A DNA stretch of 62,461 nt, counting the filler, from Sphacelaria rigidula (lineage: Eukaryota): NCBI GenBank assembly GCA_964200075.2. It is 11 parts of 11 records of this genome, joined end to end, with 100 filler letters (N's around TTAATTAATTAA, not from the genome) between each part and the next. Parts side by side here need not be neighbours in the genome. Positions count along the whole stretch, not along the records: positions 56,875 to 62,461 come from CAXNAA020026085.1; 10 more parts are not named here. One strand, 5' to 3'. The position numbers and the translations under genes were made by a program. Positions 60,191 through 62,461 of the stretch are shown one piece after another (positions within the stretch are counted from its first letter, which is position 1; each line of letters starts with the position of its first letter). The notes under the pieces were generated by a model, which did no database searches, was not told where the DNA came from, and saw only the letters and a list, made by a program, of their open reading frames with translations.

Positions 60191-61471
60191 CTACACGACG
60201 TTGTTCGTGTAACAAACAGCACCGATTGCAGCCTTAATAACCTTGACGGTCGTAGAAGAGTGGTTGCTGCCATTGTTGAGAAAGTGACAAGCAACAGACT
60301 GCACCTCCGATTTGTGTCGGCGGTTCACTCGCATCATGCCCGGTTGGAGGAAAGGCACAATTTGCAAGGGCGGAGGTTTCCCGGTGAAGACTTGATACGG
60401 CGAAGTCCGCCCCGGGTTAGCAGTGGTGGCGGATCTGTTGAAGCCATCCGCCGCCCAGACCGCAGCCTCCAACCATAGTCGCTCCAGATCCTCCCCGACA
60501 TGAGGAATGTCACCGATCCCGGCACCCGGAAATAGGCGAGGGGCCTCCAGTCGCGCGGCATGCCCCACCTTCAGCACGCGCCAGATCGCGTTCTCGGCAA
60601 CTGCGTTCAGCTTCGGGGTGTCGGGAGCAGTGTACTCCCGGCGAATGCGTGATTCATCACAGAAAGCAATGAAGGATGCAGAAGTGAACTCACCGCCGTT
60701 GTCTATGCGGAAGCACTGCGGAGCACCGATCACGCGCACGTCGGCGATGTAACGCTTGACTTTCGCGAGCGTGTCGGCCTTGCTGGATAGCCCGTACACT
60801 ATATTGAACCGGGACTTACTATCCACGCATGCCAGCATGTACGTGGAGCCACCAAGAGTACGGGGATGAGGGCCGGTGAGGTCCAGATGCACCCTGCCGA
60901 GGATGGTCGTCGCACGCAGACCCAACCACCGTGGGATGCCAGCCCTTCGACCCCTAGCCTCCAAACATCCTGAACAAGGCTGCAGTATCCCAGTGAGGGT
61001 GATACACTGTTGTTTTGCAGTGTCTCGCAACAGGGTTTCATGTGCGTGGGCGAGGGAGACATGGAAAAAATTCATATCCACTTCGCGGATGGGTTTCCCG
61101 ACTGTGAGGGGGCGTGCATTGGGGGCAAGTACGGCAACGGCCATGCTATCGTCTCCTGGACTTTGACAATCATCCCTTCTCAAAAGCCGCGGAAAACAAA
61201 CTTGATAAGGTGTCTCATCATATCCTGCCATCAACTGTTCGTCTTCAAAGACACTAAGGTCCGGCAAAAGAAGTCCTCCTACTCCTATAAGACCTGAGGG
61301 AATCCTGGCGGGTACTGGAGAAGCAGAGGAGGTAGGCACAAAGCGTACTCCGGGAGGCGAAGGTACTATATACTTCGTGGGAGTATGCGGGAAGCTCGCA
61401 CTGGGGGATAAGATCACTACTGTACTGTTTTGTGAATGAGAAGGGCCATCTTGAGCAGGGGAAACGTCCAC
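60191..61471 (-). pseudogene. copia integrase (HHCC + DDE core)
   Basis: FHVSLAH...CSGC; VHLDLTGP, CVDSKSRF, FRIDNGGEF, NAVAENAI. Confidence 0.95.
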
Positions 61472-61519
61472 AGTACTGTTACACGAAACAAATTGGACGC
61501 CGACACGTGGGGGATAGTT

Positions 61520-62053
61520 ATAGTACTGTTGGGCGTAGCAGACGGCACGTCAACACCAGGAGTAGCATCTACAGTGCTGTTGTGGGGAGCAGGCGACACA
61601 CCGACACGTGGGGGAACACCTACAGTACTGTGGGATGAAACAGACGGAACGCCAACACCAGGAGTAGCATCTACAGTGCTGTTGTGAGGAGCAGGCGACA
61701 CACTGACTCGTGGGGGAACACCTACAGTACTGTGGGATGTAGCAGACGGAACGCCAACACCAGGAGTAGCATCTACAATGCTGTTGTGGGGAGCAGGCGA
61801 CACACCGACTCGTGGGGGAACACCTACAGTACTGTGGGATGAAACAGACGGAACGCCAACACCAGGAGTAGCATCTACAGTGCTGTTGTGAGGAGCAGGC
61901 GACACACCGACTCGTGGGGGAACACCTACAGTACTGTGGGATGAAACAGAGGGAACGCCAACACCAGGAGAAGCATCTACAGTGCTGTTGTGAGGAGCAG
62001 GCGACACTCCGACTCGTGGGGGAACACCTACAGTACGTGGGATGAAACAGAGG
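61520..62053 (-). repeat. 102-bp (34-codon) tandem repeat, about 5 copies, in copia Pol
   Basis: Unit SPAPHNSTVDATPGVGV + PSVSSHSTVGVPPRVGV (two 17-aa halves); unit starts at 61551, 61653, 61755, 61857 and 61959 on the plus strand. Confidence 0.95.
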
Positions 62054-62461
62054 GCAAACGAGAGGCAGGGTTGGAAGTGACCGCAACAGCGGGCGCAACA
62101 AGGGGGTAGTGAACATACTCTGGTGAAAGCCTAGACGCTCGCTGCGAGGAGGAACGTTCATTGCGATCAAACCGCAGTCTACCGTTGAACAAATGCACGC
62201 CTGACTCACTCAGCAGTACATTCTGTCTCTTTTGAACCTGATGCAAAGAAAACAAGTTGAAGGGGATACCCTCAAGTACGTATACGTCCGTCAGTTGTAC
62301 ACAAAAGTCGGAAGGGGGGCCGTCAAAGGGACCAGGCATGTGGAACTTGAGCTTCAAGCTTCCAACAGCAATCACGGGTAGTACAGTACCATTTCCTACA
62401 ATCACGTGCTCATTTCCTGAGGGGGGAGGGCGAAGATCAAACATACCATCCATGGATACAG

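Larger units (their letters stand above)
58830..62461 (-). mobile_element. Ty1/copia retrotransposon pol region (PR-IN-RT order), frameshifted and truncated in RT
   Basis: Post-protease region 62028-62453, integrase 60191-61471, RT 58830-59400; no RNase H or LTR in the contig. Confidence 0.95.

Noticed and set aside
61550..62209. Cys-rich repeat protein (CRCYSWCWRSVCFIPQY...)
   Set aside because: Alternative frame of the copia tandem repeat; the Ser/Pro frame is the one matching the protease-side sequence.

Overview
This is not one locus. It is 11 unrelated contigs (four of 5588 bp, then seven of 5587 bp, i.e. size-sorted) joined by artificial 100-bp linkers (44 N + TTAATTAATTAA + 44 N). The DNA is repeat-rich and eukaryotic. 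Spliceosomal introns, TTAGGG motifs and the style of the retroelements suggest a brown alga or related stramenopile (inference only). Recognisable host genes are the last four coding exons of an HslV/ClpQ protease (minus strand, 41349-44975) and two exons of the C-terminal PDZ region of a Deg/HtrA (Do-like) protease (29617-32492). The rest is mostly decayed transposable elements: three Ty1/copia pieces, one internally deleted Ty3/gypsy, a near-full-length frameshifted RTE-type LINE plus two LINE 3' fragments, a Tc1/mariner-like fragment, a tRNA-derived SINE family and at least five MITE-like families. The most unusual signals are a TGT...ACA MITE carrying an internal TTAGGG array, several repeat families sharing a CTACGAT + homopolymer terminus, a duplicated structured motif in the LINE 5' UTR, and a 34-aa higher-order repeat inside a copia Pol. 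No CRISPR array, rRNA or true tRNA gene was seen, and I found no convincing complete novel multi-gene system.
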